In this document: positions 26,784 through 36,900 of the stretch, piece by piece
Numbering within the stretch: the stretch's first letter is position 1
Layout: each line of letters starts with the position of its first letter
DNA from: a virus
Virus record (IMG/VR): IMGVR_UViG_3300004369_000028
Span: 1-47,424 of that record
Length of the DNA: 47,424 bases
Strand: one strand, 5' to 3'
Translations under genes and position numbers: made by a program
Notes under the pieces: model-generated
Seen by the model: only the letters and a program-made list of their open reading frames with translations
Database searches by the model: none
What the model was told of the DNA's origin: nothing

Positions 26784-27170
26784 ATGAATTTTGATATGCC
26801 ATTACAAATTGACCAGCCCTTATTCGTTAAGGTGCCTTTTGACGGTCATGGTAAAGAATGGAAGATACAACAACATTTCCCGTGGAAAGAGATGGGAGTA
26901 GATTACGATAAGGTTAAGCACCTTTATGGTATTCGTTTCCTGTATCATAACGACGAATTAGCAGCCAGTATAAAAGTTGGCGATGGACTAGAGGTATTGG
27001 ATATTGATGGACTAAACTCTTTGGTTGATAGTATTAACAAAAAAGTTAAAGCTAAAACATCAAATGAGACAGAGTTCAACAAGAAAAAATGCAAAAAGTC
27101 AAAAATACTAGACAAGCAACGTGGCCTCATTCGTTCTTGGCGGCGTAACTATGGTGAACTAGAGGTGTAA
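26784..27170 (+). CDS. hypothetical protein
   Basis: 128-aa track ORF with a basic C-terminus. Confidence 0.5.
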   Translation: MNFDMPLQIDQPLFVKVPFDGHGKEWKIQQHFPWKEMGVDYDKVKHLYGIRFLYHNDELAASIKVGDGLEVLDIDGLNSLVDSINKKVKAKTSNETEFNKKKCKKSKILDKQRGLIRSWRRNYGELEV

Positions 27171-27173
27171 TAA

Positions 27174-27623
27174 ATGGCTTGGTCCTATGATGAACGTAAC
27201 TTAAACACAACGGATGCTTTGGGTCGTCTTAATGCTACACGTTTTCTTATTGGTGATACCAATGAAGATGACCAGCAAGTACAGGACGAAGAGGTTGCGT
27301 TTGCACTGGCCCAAGCTAATAACAACACTTATTTTGCTGGGGCATTCCTATGTAGGACCATTGCAGCAAAATATTCACGTAATGTGGATGTAAAGATCAG
27401 TGGTGCTTTAGAAGAATCATCCAGTCAACTACAGGCACACTATCTTGAGTTGGCAGAGGCTTTAGAGTATCAGGCGCAAAAAACTGGGGGTGTTCTTGGT
27501 ATCAAAGCAGGTGGTATTACCGTTTCCTCTGTAGATGGAGTACGAGCCAATACTAATCGTGTAACACCTAAGTTTAATAAAGACCAATTTCAGTTTGATA
27601 AACAAGTTTACGATTACGACTAA
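27174..27623 (+). CDS. head-tail adaptor (putative)
   Basis: 149 aa. The call rests on position and a gp6-like pattern (RFLIGDTNEDD...). Confidence 0.4.
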   Translation: MAWSYDERNLNTTDALGRLNATRFLIGDTNEDDQQVQDEEVAFALAQANNNTYFAGAFLCRTIAAKYSRNVDVKISGALEESSSQLQAHYLELAEALEYQAQKTGGVLGIKAGGITVSSVDGVRANTNRVTPKFNKDQFQFDKQVYDYD

Positions 27624-27633
27624 GGAGTAAGCC

Positions 27634-27981
27634 ATGCAAGCCCAAAATCTACTGCGATTAGTGCAGAGACATGGTAGTACCCTTACGTTACATAAAGTTA
27701 CAGAAGGTACATATGATCCTTCTACTGGCTCTCTTACTGGCGGTAGTACGACAGACTATGAAATTACTGGATATATGTATGATGCTATCCTTGGTCAAGA
27801 TGCAGAGGATAGTATTAGACGTGGTACAAAAAAAGTAGTTATACCTGCACTTGGATTAACTGTTGATCCTGATGACGGTGATTCTATATCTGGTCTTGGG
27901 GATAAGGTTTATATAACAAGGGTGACAACTCATTTTTCGGCTGGACTTGCTATCTTGTATACTTGCGAGGTTTCAGAATGA
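27634..27981 (+). CDS. head closure / head-tail joining protein (putative)
   Basis: 115 aa. The call rests on position in the neck module. Confidence 0.35.
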   Translation: MQAQNLLRLVQRHGSTLTLHKVTEGTYDPSTGSLTGGSTTDYEITGYMYDAILGQDAEDSIRRGTKKVVIPALGLTVDPDDGDSISGLGDKVYITRVTTHFSAGLAILYTCEVSE

Positions 27982-28385
27982 AGGTTACTCACACTATTGA
28001 TCCTAGTGTTGTGGACACCCTACTTAACGGAGCACTAGAAAAAACTGCTGAAGACTTAGCAGACTTTGTTATTGAAACAACCTTCTTTGAGAATGATCGG
28101 TCCCAACCTGCTGTTGATACTGGTGCATTCATCACAAGCTGGTCTTTTGCTATAGGTGCTGGTCGTCCAAGAGGTCAATCGTCAAGACGTAAACCTAGAA
28201 ATCAGAATGCTATACAGAAAGCACAAGAAGGTCGTGCATTACTTCAACAAGACATTGATAAGATGGACATGAACAAGGTAAGGAAATCTGGTTTCACTAT
28301 ACGAAACGGAGCACCCCATGCCAAGTATGTAGACCTAAAACATTTCTATGGCATAGAAGCAAGGATCAGAGCATGGCAACCGTAG
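27978..28385 (+). CDS. neck/tail completion protein (HK97 gp10-like, putative)
   Basis: Track ORF 27963..28385 trimmed to MKVTHT, which gives an ATGA overlap. Confidence 0.35.
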   Translation: MKVTHTIDPSVVDTLLNGALEKTAEDLADFVIETTFFENDRSQPAVDTGAFITSWSFAIGAGRPRGQSSRRKPRNQNAIQKAQEGRALLQQDIDKMDMNKVRKSGFTIRNGAPHAKYVDLKHFYGIEARIRAWQP

Positions 28386-28780
28386 ACAAAGATATTCGTG
28401 CCGCCCTTGAGAGTAAATTGGCTGATATTCCATCTGTACCATCTATTGCTTATGAGAATGTATCATTTAGCCCTACAACAGATGAAAACTACTTAGAGGT
28501 TAGGTACATACCTACAATAAGAAGGCCCACTGTACGGGGCTTAAATCCACAGCAGAGATACGATGGCGTATTTCAGATAAACTGTTATGTCCCAGAGGGT
28601 GCTGGCCCTGCGGCGGCAGATACCCTTGCCAAGAATGTCATGGAGACATACGAGGCAACAACCAAACTAACCCACAATAACCAGACGGTCAGTATTGATT
28701 ACGTAGAACGATCACAAGGATTCATGGATTCACCTTTCTACTTTGTTGCTGTAACCGTTACGTGGTATGCATATAACTAA
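28373..28780 (+). CDS. tail terminator (putative)
   Basis: 135 aa, immediately upstream of the tube gene. Confidence 0.4.
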   Translation: MATVDKDIRAALESKLADIPSVPSIAYENVSFSPTTDENYLEVRYIPTIRRPTVRGLNPQQRYDGVFQINCYVPEGAGPAAADTLAKNVMETYEATTKLTHNNQTVSIDYVERSQGFMDSPFYFVAVTVTWYAYN

Positions 28781-28794
28781 TTAGGAGATAACTC

Positions 28795-29700
28795 ATGGCC
28801 TTTGCACAGGGTTCACGTTCCAGTCTGTCTTACGCAGTAGAATCTACTTTCGGGACAGCAGTAACACCAACACTAAACTTACCCTTTTCTACACATTCCC
28901 TAAACATGACAAAAGACCGTGTTGTAGGTAATGATATTCAATCTGACCGTATGGCACGTGTTGACCGTCATGGTAACCGTCAGGTGTCTGGCGACATTGT
29001 GGCTGACCTACGTGATGCTACATACGATGCTTTCCTAGAATCAGCAATGCTGAACACTTGGTCAACAAACGTACTTAAAGTCGGTACAACACCTAAGTTC
29101 TTCACTCTTGAAGACTATGCTGCTGACATTGATCAGACACGCCGTTTCACAGGTATGACTGTAAACAGCTTGGGTTTAACACTTGCGCCAAACTCAATGG
29201 TTACAACAACCTTTGGTATGGTAGGTAAAGACATGGTTTTGTATGATGCAGGTGAGTCTGGTGCTGCTGAACTAGACCCAGAAGATGCTGCACCTGTACC
29301 TTTCGATGCTTACTCAGGTACACTAGAAATTGCTGGTTCAACTTCTGCAATCGTGACAAGTATGGACTTCACATTGACAAACGGGTTTGCACCAACATTC
29401 GTTATTGGTAGTGACTCAGCACCAAGCCTAGAGTTTGGTCGTGCCGAAGTTGAAGGTACTATCTCACTATACTATGAGGGTGCTGGTATCCTAGACCGTT
29501 TCGTAGACGAGACAGAGACATCACTTGAAGTACAAGTTGGTGATGGCACTAACACAATGAACTTCCTATTCCCACGTTGTAAGTTTAACTCTGCTGACGT
29601 TGGGGTTGATGGACCTACGAGTCGTATTATCTCTGTATCATTCGTTGCACTACGTGATGAAACAGAAGACACAAGTTTAAAGATCACACGATCTGCGTAA
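28795..29700 (+). CDS. major tail tube protein
   Basis: 301 aa, positioned upstream of the chaperone pair and the tape measure. No sheath gene is present. Confidence 0.6.
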   Translation: MAFAQGSRSSLSYAVESTFGTAVTPTLNLPFSTHSLNMTKDRVVGNDIQSDRMARVDRHGNRQVSGDIVADLRDATYDAFLESAMLNTWSTNVLKVGTTPKFFTLEDYAADIDQTRRFTGMTVNSLGLTLAPNSMVTTTFGMVGKDMVLYDAGESGAAELDPEDAAPVPFDAYSGTLEIAGSTSAIVTSMDFTLTNGFAPTFVIGSDSAPSLEFGRAEVEGTISLYYEGAGILDRFVDETETSLEVQVGDGTNTMNFLFPRCKFNSADVGVDGPTSRIISVSFVALRDETEDTSLKITRSA

Positions 29701-29715
29701 TCCCTAGCTAGGGTA

Positions 29716-29755
29716 GAGGGGGTGTTGGTGTCGGGTCTGGCATCCCCTCGTTTTT
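29716..29755 (+). terminator. hairpin plus T-run after the tail tube gene
   Basis: GAGGGG...CCCCTC arms (29716..29721 and 29744..29749) are followed by GTTTTT. A 12-bp palindrome CCCTAGCTAGGG sits at 29702..29713. Confidence 0.35.
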
Positions 29756-29788
29756 ACATCCCGACTAAATCCCGAAGGAGAACTCGAC

Positions 29789-30193
29789 ATGGATTTGAAA
29801 ACACTTAAACCAAAATCTGATACTATTACAGTAGAATTAAAACACCCATCTACAGGGGAGCCTCTTATAAATTCTGATGATACACCTATGACAATCACTG
29901 TCTGGGCTGCGCACTCAAAAGAATATAAAGCTGTAATTCATGCTGCTGCTAATAAACGTCTAAAGAAAGCATCTAAGAATAAAAATAAACAAGTCGAAAT
30001 GACTATAGAGGAAATTGAACAGCAGGGAATAGAACTTGCTGTACAGATTATCAAAGAGTGGAACATTACCTACGACGATCAGATGCCAGAACTAAATACA
30101 GAGTTTGCTACAAAAGTATACTCCGAGTTGTTCTGGGTTCGTGATCAAGTAGATGAGGCAGTAGAGTCTGTTGATGTTTTTACTCAGAAGTAG
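29789..30193 (+). CDS. tail assembly chaperone (G-like)
   Basis: 134 aa, acidic, directly upstream of the tape measure region. Confidence 0.65.
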   Translation: MDLKTLKPKSDTITVELKHPSTGEPLINSDDTPMTITVWAAHSKEYKAVIHAAANKRLKKASKNKNKQVEMTIEEIEQQGIELAVQIIKEWNITYDDQMPELNTEFATKVYSELFWVRDQVDEAVESVDVFTQK

Positions 30194-30531
30194 CATCTGA
30201 CTTAATTGAGTGGGCAGAGCATAGCTTTAAACTCAACAAGTCAACTGACGGTGCTACTTTAAGGGAACACTTGGAATCTGTTGAAAAACAAACGGGGAAA
30301 ACACCAGAGGATTTAATACCGCCTACTGAGTTTCCTATGGTATTAACTTACATATGGTCCACGTTTTTAGATTTACATCAGTGTAGAAGCTACGGCATGT
30401 CGGCTAACCCATTATCATATACGGACATACTAAATTACATGGAAGTAACTGGTAAACACTTATCTTTATATGAAATTGAAACAATAAAGAAACTAGATAT
30501 TGCATACTTAGGATCGTCAAATGGCAGTTAA
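30181..30531 (+). CDS. tail assembly chaperone T-part, probably made as a G-T fusion by -1 frameshift
   Basis: The -1 frame is open from 30175. The track ORF starts only at ATG 30271. The run GTTTTTA at 30176..30182 lies in the 19-nt overlap before the G stop (30191..30193). Confidence 0.55.
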   Translation, partial: YSEVASDLIEWAEHSFKLNKSTDGATLREHLESVEKQTGKTPEDLIPPTEFPMVLTYIWSTFLDLHQCRSYGMSANPLSYTDILNYMEVTGKHLSLYEIETIKKLDIAYLGSSNGS

Positions 30532-32854
30532 TCAAGGCTTAAATATTCAGGTAACCACAACTGGTGACGAAAAAGTTGACCGTCTTTCAAAGGCATTAGA
30601 CCTAGTTGCTAAACACGGTGAAAGGGTTAGAAGAACACAGCTTGATCAAGCCTTTAAGAAAATGGGGCCTGAGATACAAAAAGTAAACCGTGAAATGCAA
30701 CGTAACATAGTCTTACAGCAGCAGTCTGGTAAGGCATCTCGTCGCATGGAATTAGGTTTCCAACAGGCAGGTTATCAGTTTCAAGACTTGGTGGTCCAGT
30801 TGCAGGGTGGTGTAAACCCCTTCGTTGCTATTTCGCAACAGGGTTCTCAGTTAGCATCATTCTTTGCTGGACCTTGGGGTGCGTCTATCGGTCTTGCTAT
30901 TGCTGCATTGGGTGCCTTGGGTACTACAATGATGGCTACATCAGGTCTAGGTAAAACTCTTAAAGAAGAGTTAGGCGAACTAGAGGCCATGAATGAGTTG
31001 CTAGAGGATTTTGGTGAAACCTTTGGTAAGAAATTTATAGGTAATATAGAAGAGGTAAGAACAACCTTTGGCAACTTGGTTGCTGACATATACCAACAGC
31101 AAATTCGTGAAATGCAGGGTACAATCGGCAAAGAATTTAAAATGGGTGTTGGTGCTGGGTTTGCGGAGAGTGCTGCTGGCTCTGATGGTCTTTTTGAGCA
31201 AATTGGCGTCTTTACGGAAGCTGGTCGTGAAGCCGCCAAAGAACTTGATAGACGTACTTTAGAAGTACAAAAAATCCTAAACAAGCTATCAAGTGAGGAC
31301 ATTGTAAGTAAAGATGCTTTAGCAAATGCTTTCAACAATGCCTACGATGAACTAGAAAAATTAGGTTATGTTAGTGAAGAATACTTAAAGAAGCTAAGAA
31401 ATATTGCTATTGAGCAAGGCTTAGATTTAGAAATTATAAAAAAGAAGGGTAAGGCTCAAGAGGATGTTAATGATCTTCTTGAAGAGGAAAAAGACATTAC
31501 CGAAGACCTTCGCAAGATGCGAGATGATGCTGCTAATGATCAAGACAAAGCTAAAGTTAAACTTCTAAAAGAGCAAGGTGATCTAGTTGCGGCCCAGAGA
31601 TTAGAACAATCCATTGCGGTAGAAATTTTAAGGACCAAAGCTGAACAGGCGGCTGAAGGTAAGGCCCTTACTACAGAGCAACAGAAACATTTAGATGCAG
31701 CTATAAAATCAGCCAGAGAAGCAATAAGATTAAAATACGAGTTAGAACTTGCAAAAGACATAACTCAAGATATGGCTAAAGCATTAGCTAAATCTGAGGC
31801 TGCACTTAGTCGTATGCAAGGTTTTGGTAACTCATTGTCTGTTGCCCTTGCTAAAGCTAAAGCTGAAGCTGATGCCCTAGCTACTGGTGCTGATGTTCAA
31901 TCTGCTAAGACCATTGCTGGCTATCGTGAGCAACTCAAGCAAAAAGTTCAGGATATGAGGGATGCTGGAGTTGAAGATTCAATTATCAGAGCCGAACAAG
32001 CATCTGCTGGTGGAAAGATAACTGAACTAACGAAAATACTTACAGCAAATGCAAAAGAAAGAGAACGTCAACGTGAGGCTGAAAAATCAGGTAGATCAGC
32101 ACAAAGTGATCAAGAAAAATACGAAGAGTTTTTAAGGAAACAACAAGCAGAGTTAGACCTAAGACAAAAGATTATAGGTATGACTGACGAGCAATCTAAG
32201 AGGGCAGAGTACCATAATGAACTCGTTCAAAAGTCTATAGAACTTGGAGTAGAGAAAGACGAAAAAGCTATCCAAGGATTAATGGCTCAGTACGACATGG
32301 TTGTACAGCTAGAGAAAAGACGTGACGTAGTTAATGACATTGGTGATGCCTTTGAGGAAACACTAATGGCTGTTGCAGACGGTAGTATGAACATCAAAAA
32401 TGCGTTCGAGAAACTTATGTTCGACATTGCTAAGATGGTCTATCAACAGTCCCTTGTTGACCCTGCTGTAGATGCACTAAAATCCTTTTTGTTCTCAGCA
32501 GGGGGTGCTGAAGTTCAGGCTATGGGTGGTATACACTCCCGTGGTAATGTAGTACCATTTGCTAACGGGGGTGTTATAGGTGGTCCTACACTTTTCCCAA
32601 TGGCTAGGGGAATTGGACTTATGGGTGAAGCTGGGCCAGAAGCTATCATGCCACTTAAACGTGGTAAGGATGGTAAGCTGGGTATTGCTGGTGGTAACAC
32701 AACTGTCGTGCAGAACTTTAACTTCTCTGCCAATGGTGATGAAAGTGTTAAACGTATCATTGCACAAGAGGCACCTAAGATTGCTGATATGACCTCTGCT
32801 TCTATAATGGACCAACGTAGGCGTGGTGGATCAATGAGAAAGACATTTAGCTAA
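30521..32854 (+). CDS. tape measure protein
   Basis: 777 aa with long coiled-coil, Ala/Glu/Lys-rich stretches, hydrophobic glycine-rich segments and the C-terminal motif LMGEAGPEAIMPLKRGKDGKLGI. Confidence 0.9.
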   Translation: MAVNQGLNIQVTTTGDEKVDRLSKALDLVAKHGERVRRTQLDQAFKKMGPEIQKVNREMQRNIVLQQQSGKASRRMELGFQQAGYQFQDLVVQLQGGVNPFVAISQQGSQLASFFAGPWGASIGLAIAALGALGTTMMATSGLGKTLKEELGELEAMNELLEDFGETFGKKFIGNIEEVRTTFGNLVADIYQQQIREMQGTIGKEFKMGVGAGFAESAAGSDGLFEQIGVFTEAGREAAKELDRRTLEVQKILNKLSSEDIVSKDALANAFNNAYDELEKLGYVSEEYLKKLRNIAIEQGLDLEIIKKKGKAQEDVNDLLEEEKDITEDLRKMRDDAANDQDKAKVKLLKEQGDLVAAQRLEQSIAVEILRTKAEQAAEGKALTTEQQKHLDAAIKSAREAIRLKYELELAKDITQDMAKALAKSEAALSRMQGFGNSLSVALAKAKAEADALATGADVQSAKTIAGYREQLKQKVQDMRDAGVEDSIIRAEQASAGGKITELTKILTANAKERERQREAEKSGRSAQSDQEKYEEFLRKQQAELDLRQKIIGMTDEQSKRAEYHNELVQKSIELGVEKDEKAIQGLMAQYDMVVQLEKRRDVVNDIGDAFEETLMAVADGSMNIKNAFEKLMFDIAKMVYQQSLVDPAVDALKSFLFSAGGAEVQAMGGIHSRGNVVPFANGGVIGGPTLFPMARGIGLMGEAGPEAIMPLKRGKDGKLGIAGGNTTVVQNFNFSANGDESVKRIIAQEAPKIADMTSASIMDQRRRGGSMRKTFS

Positions 32855-33432
32855 TGGCACACATAACAGTTCCGACAGAAATTGGTTACGCCTCTATTCA
32901 GTTTAGGGCTAGACAACAGGTAGCAATGTCTGAGTCTCCTTTTACGTATAAACAACAGGTCATTCGTCATACGGGTGACCGTTGGGAGGCAAGTATACAG
33001 ATTCCCTCTACCCAACGTGAACTAGCTGAACCTTGGGTAGCCTTTCTGCTTCGTTGTAAGGGGCCTACAAACACGTTTAACCTTGGTGACCCTACTGGTA
33101 CTAGCCAACGTGGAAACATATCTGGTATGACCATTACAGGCAATGCTGGGGATGATTCTGTTACAGTGGCTGCTACAAGTGGTACAATCAAAGCTGGAGA
33201 TTACTTTCAGGTTGGCACAAATGCTAGTGCAAAACTTTACAAAGCATTAAATGACACATCTAATGGTGGTACACTAGACATATTCCCACGTCTACGTGCA
33301 GCAGCAAGTTCAGCCTCTGTTGACCTGACCTCACCTGTTGGTACATTTAGGCTTGCTTCACCTTTAACACAGTGGGAGATAGATAATGCTGGATTCTTTG
33401 GTATCCAGTTTGAATGCATTGAGGTAATTTAA
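32854..33432 (+). CDS. minor tail protein (distal tail, putative)
   Basis: 192 aa. Its start overlaps the TMP stop. Confidence 0.45.
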   Translation: MAHITVPTEIGYASIQFRARQQVAMSESPFTYKQQVIRHTGDRWEASIQIPSTQRELAEPWVAFLLRCKGPTNTFNLGDPTGTSQRGNISGMTITGNAGDDSVTVAATSGTIKAGDYFQVGTNASAKLYKALNDTSNGGTLDIFPRLRAAASSASVDLTSPVGTFRLASPLTQWEIDNAGFFGIQFECIEVI

Positions 33433-33986
33433 TGGCTACACGTGACCTATCTACTGCTGTTTCTGCTGCACTCGATGATGATGTAGTATACCCGTTCTTT
33501 GCTGTGGATTTAATGTTTGACGGTGATCCACAGTATATATGGACAGGGATTGGCACGAAAACTATTGATTCAAAAGACTACGAAGGTTTAGGGGAATTAT
33601 TGTCTGTAGCCATTGTAGAAGAAACTGCTGATATTGCCGCAAAGGGTGCATCTATAACTATCTCTGGTATACCTAAAACAACCAATGTTGCTTTGGCTCT
33701 TACTACCCCCTATCAAGGTCGTCAGGGTCGTATATACTTTGGTGTTATGGGTGCTCAAACTGCATACACTGAGATATTCTCAGGTTACATGGACGAAATG
33801 AATATAGTTGAAGGCCCTGACACATCTACTATTGAAATCAATATTGAAAATAAGTTGGTTGACTTAGAACGTCCACGTGTTGCACGTTATACATCTGCTT
33901 ATCAGAGAAATAAATTTAATGGTGACGCAGGGTTAGATTTTGTCGAGTCCCTACAACTAAAGGAAATTACGTGGGGAAAAAAGTAG
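33432..33986 (+). CDS. minor tail protein
   Basis: 184 aa, lying between the distal tail gene and the J-like gene. Confidence 0.45.
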   Translation: MATRDLSTAVSAALDDDVVYPFFAVDLMFDGDPQYIWTGIGTKTIDSKDYEGLGELLSVAIVEETADIAAKGASITISGIPKTTNVALALTTPYQGRQGRIYFGVMGAQTAYTEIFSGYMDEMNIVEGPDTSTIEINIENKLVDLERPRVARYTSAYQRNKFNGDAGLDFVESLQLKEITWGKK

Positions 33987-36900
33987 ATGGCTAACAAACT
34001 ATTCTCAGTAATTATCGCAGCCGTTGTTACTATTGCCACTGGTGGCTTTGCTGCTGGTTCGTTTATGGCAACCATGTTTGGCACAAGCAAAATGGCGGCG
34101 TTCCTTGTTAGGGCTGGTTTAGGTTTACTAATGGGGGCTTTAGCCCCTAAACAGTCTGCACCTACTCGTAGCTACACTATAACGCAACGTGGTACTGCAC
34201 TAGATCACCAGATTATATATGGTAAAACTAAAGTTGCAGGTGCTATTGTATTTGACGCAACAAATGGCTCTAACAACAAATACCTACACCGTGTGCTTGC
34301 TTTTGCTGGACACGAAATCAATAGCTACGAAGAAATCTGGTTAAACGACTACAAGTTGACCCTAGATTCTAATGGTGAAGTAACAAGTGCTACAAACGAT
34401 GGTGGTGCAACTACTACTACACGTTACAACGGATATGTTCGCATCAAGAAACATCTGGGTGCTGACAATCAGACACACGATACTACACTAGCAGCAGAGA
34501 CTTTTGAAAACGACAACTGGACTTCTGACCATGACCTACGTGGTATTGCTTACCTTTATGTACGTTTGAAGTTTAATGCAGATGTTTTCCCTAATGGCGT
34601 ACCTGAAATTCAGGCAGTTATCAAGGGTAAGAAAGTTTATGATCCACGTAACTCTACTACTGCGTGGTCAGACAACCCTGCCCTATGTATTCGTGATTAC
34701 CTGATCAGTGACTACGGGCTTGGCGAAAACACTTCTTACATTGATGATGACACAGTAGAGACTGCTGCTAACGCCTGTGATCGTACTGCAAGCAACAATG
34801 ACACGTGGTTCACGATTAACGGTGCTTTCATTACGTCTTCACAACCTGCTGACATATTAAATGATATGCTATCCTCTATGGCTGGCATAATTTGGTATGC
34901 CCAAGGTAAGTGGCGTATGAGGGCTGCTAAGTGGGAAACACCTACACTTACACTTAACGAAGATGACCTACGTGGACCCATTCAGGTTGGTACACGTCAT
35001 TCTCGTCGTGATAACTTTAACATCATTAAAGGTACATGGCGTGGTGCTGACAGTGACTGGCAGACTACTGACTATCCAGAGTATAAAGTAGCACAAGCTA
35101 TTACTGACGATGGTGGGTTAGAAAGCACACTTGACCTTCCCCTGTTGTTTACAGACAACCCTGACGAAGCACAACGTATTGCACGTATTGTGTATGAACG
35201 TAATCGCCAGCAATTAACTGTGTCTGCACAGTTTGGTCTACGGGCTATGTCATGTCAGATTGGTGACTTTATCCAACTAGATAATGACCGTATGGGTTGG
35301 ACCAACAAGTATTGGGAAGTTATTGAGTGGTCGTTTGGTATGAAGGGGGTTGACCTTGTGGTCAACATGGTACTACGTGAAATAACCTCTTCTGTCTTTG
35401 ACGAAATTAGTAACTATGTTACATACGAAAAAGACAATACAAGTATTGCATCACCCTTTGATACTCAAGATGTAACTATAAGTGCTGCTACAAAAACTAC
35501 CAGTTTCAGTAGTGAAGGTAATCTTATACCTAAATTGAAATGGGTTTGGACTGTAACAGATGAATCTGACGTTGATTACTACATCTTTGGTTGGAGAACA
35601 ACAGCATCTGGTGATTATACAGAAGTAGTCCTTAAAGATAGAACTTTTGAGATAGAACCTGCGATTGCTGGTGCTACTTACTACGTTAGGGTACGTGCTG
35701 TAAATCATCAAGGGGTTGCTGGTACACCTTCTACAAGGTCAGACCAAGCCTCTACAGATACTGATGCACCTGCTACACCTACACTAAATACGCCTATAGG
35801 GGGCTACCAAGCAATTACACTGACTTGGGCTGCACCTAGTGAAGCTGACTTTAGGCACATGGAAATCCAAAGGTCTGACACATCTACTGGAACCTATACT
35901 ACAATAGGGTACAGTAGTGCTACAAGTTTTGTCGATGGGGATGTTGGTAATCAGGTAACACGTTACTACAAAATACGTGCCACAGACTTCTCAGGTAACT
36001 CTAGTTCTTACACTGCTGCTAAGTCTGCTACGACTATTGCAGAGGTTACAGGACCTAATGGTTATACACAGGCACAAGTGTTCTTGTATGCTGCTGGTAC
36101 ATCTGCACCTTCTGATCCTACTGGTACGTTTACCTATACGTTTTCTACTGGTGCATTATCTGGTGGTACGTTGGGTAGCTGGTCTACAGATGTACCTACA
36201 CTTACAAATGGTGAGTACCTATGGGTAAAAACTGCTTCTGCCTATGCTAACACTACTACAGATAGCATCCCAGCAACAGAGTTCTCTAGTGCTGTAAATA
36301 CTTCTTATGCAGGTACTGATGGTGCTGCTGGTTACAACAGTGCAACAGTTACGTTGTTTAAGAAAACTACAACAACTACAACACCTGATACACCTACGAC
36401 TTCCGAGACTTATACGTTCTCTAGTGCTACTCTGACTGCAACAGACAATGGTTGGACACAATCTGCACCAAGTATTTCTTCTGGTGAATACTTGTGGTCA
36501 ATTAGTGCTGTAGCTTACTCTAATACTTCTACAGACACTATTGCAGCTAACGAGTGGTCTACGCCCTCTATTGTTGGTGTAGCTGGTAGTACAGGTCCTA
36601 CAGGTGCTAGGGGTGCTGGTCAGTGGATCATCAACCTTGACACTGCTGATATGCCAGCAGATGACGCATCAAGTTCTACCATAAACACCAAGTTTACTGA
36701 TACTACAGACGGTGTTGGTGTTAGTCCTGTTGATGGGGATCAAGCATGGTTTACAGACAATGACACTTTTGAGCAACGTGTGTGGATTTATGATGGCACA
36801 AACTGGAACTATCAAACTGTAGCTATAAATGGTAACCTAGTCGTAGACGGTACAATAACGGCTGATAAAATATCAGTTCCAAAACTTGAAGCTATTGCCG

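Noticed and set aside
28003-28014. TTGTGGACACCC resembling the upstream box of the promoter-like element
   Set aside because: No GTACCATAT box lies 13 nt downstream, and the site is inside a coding region.
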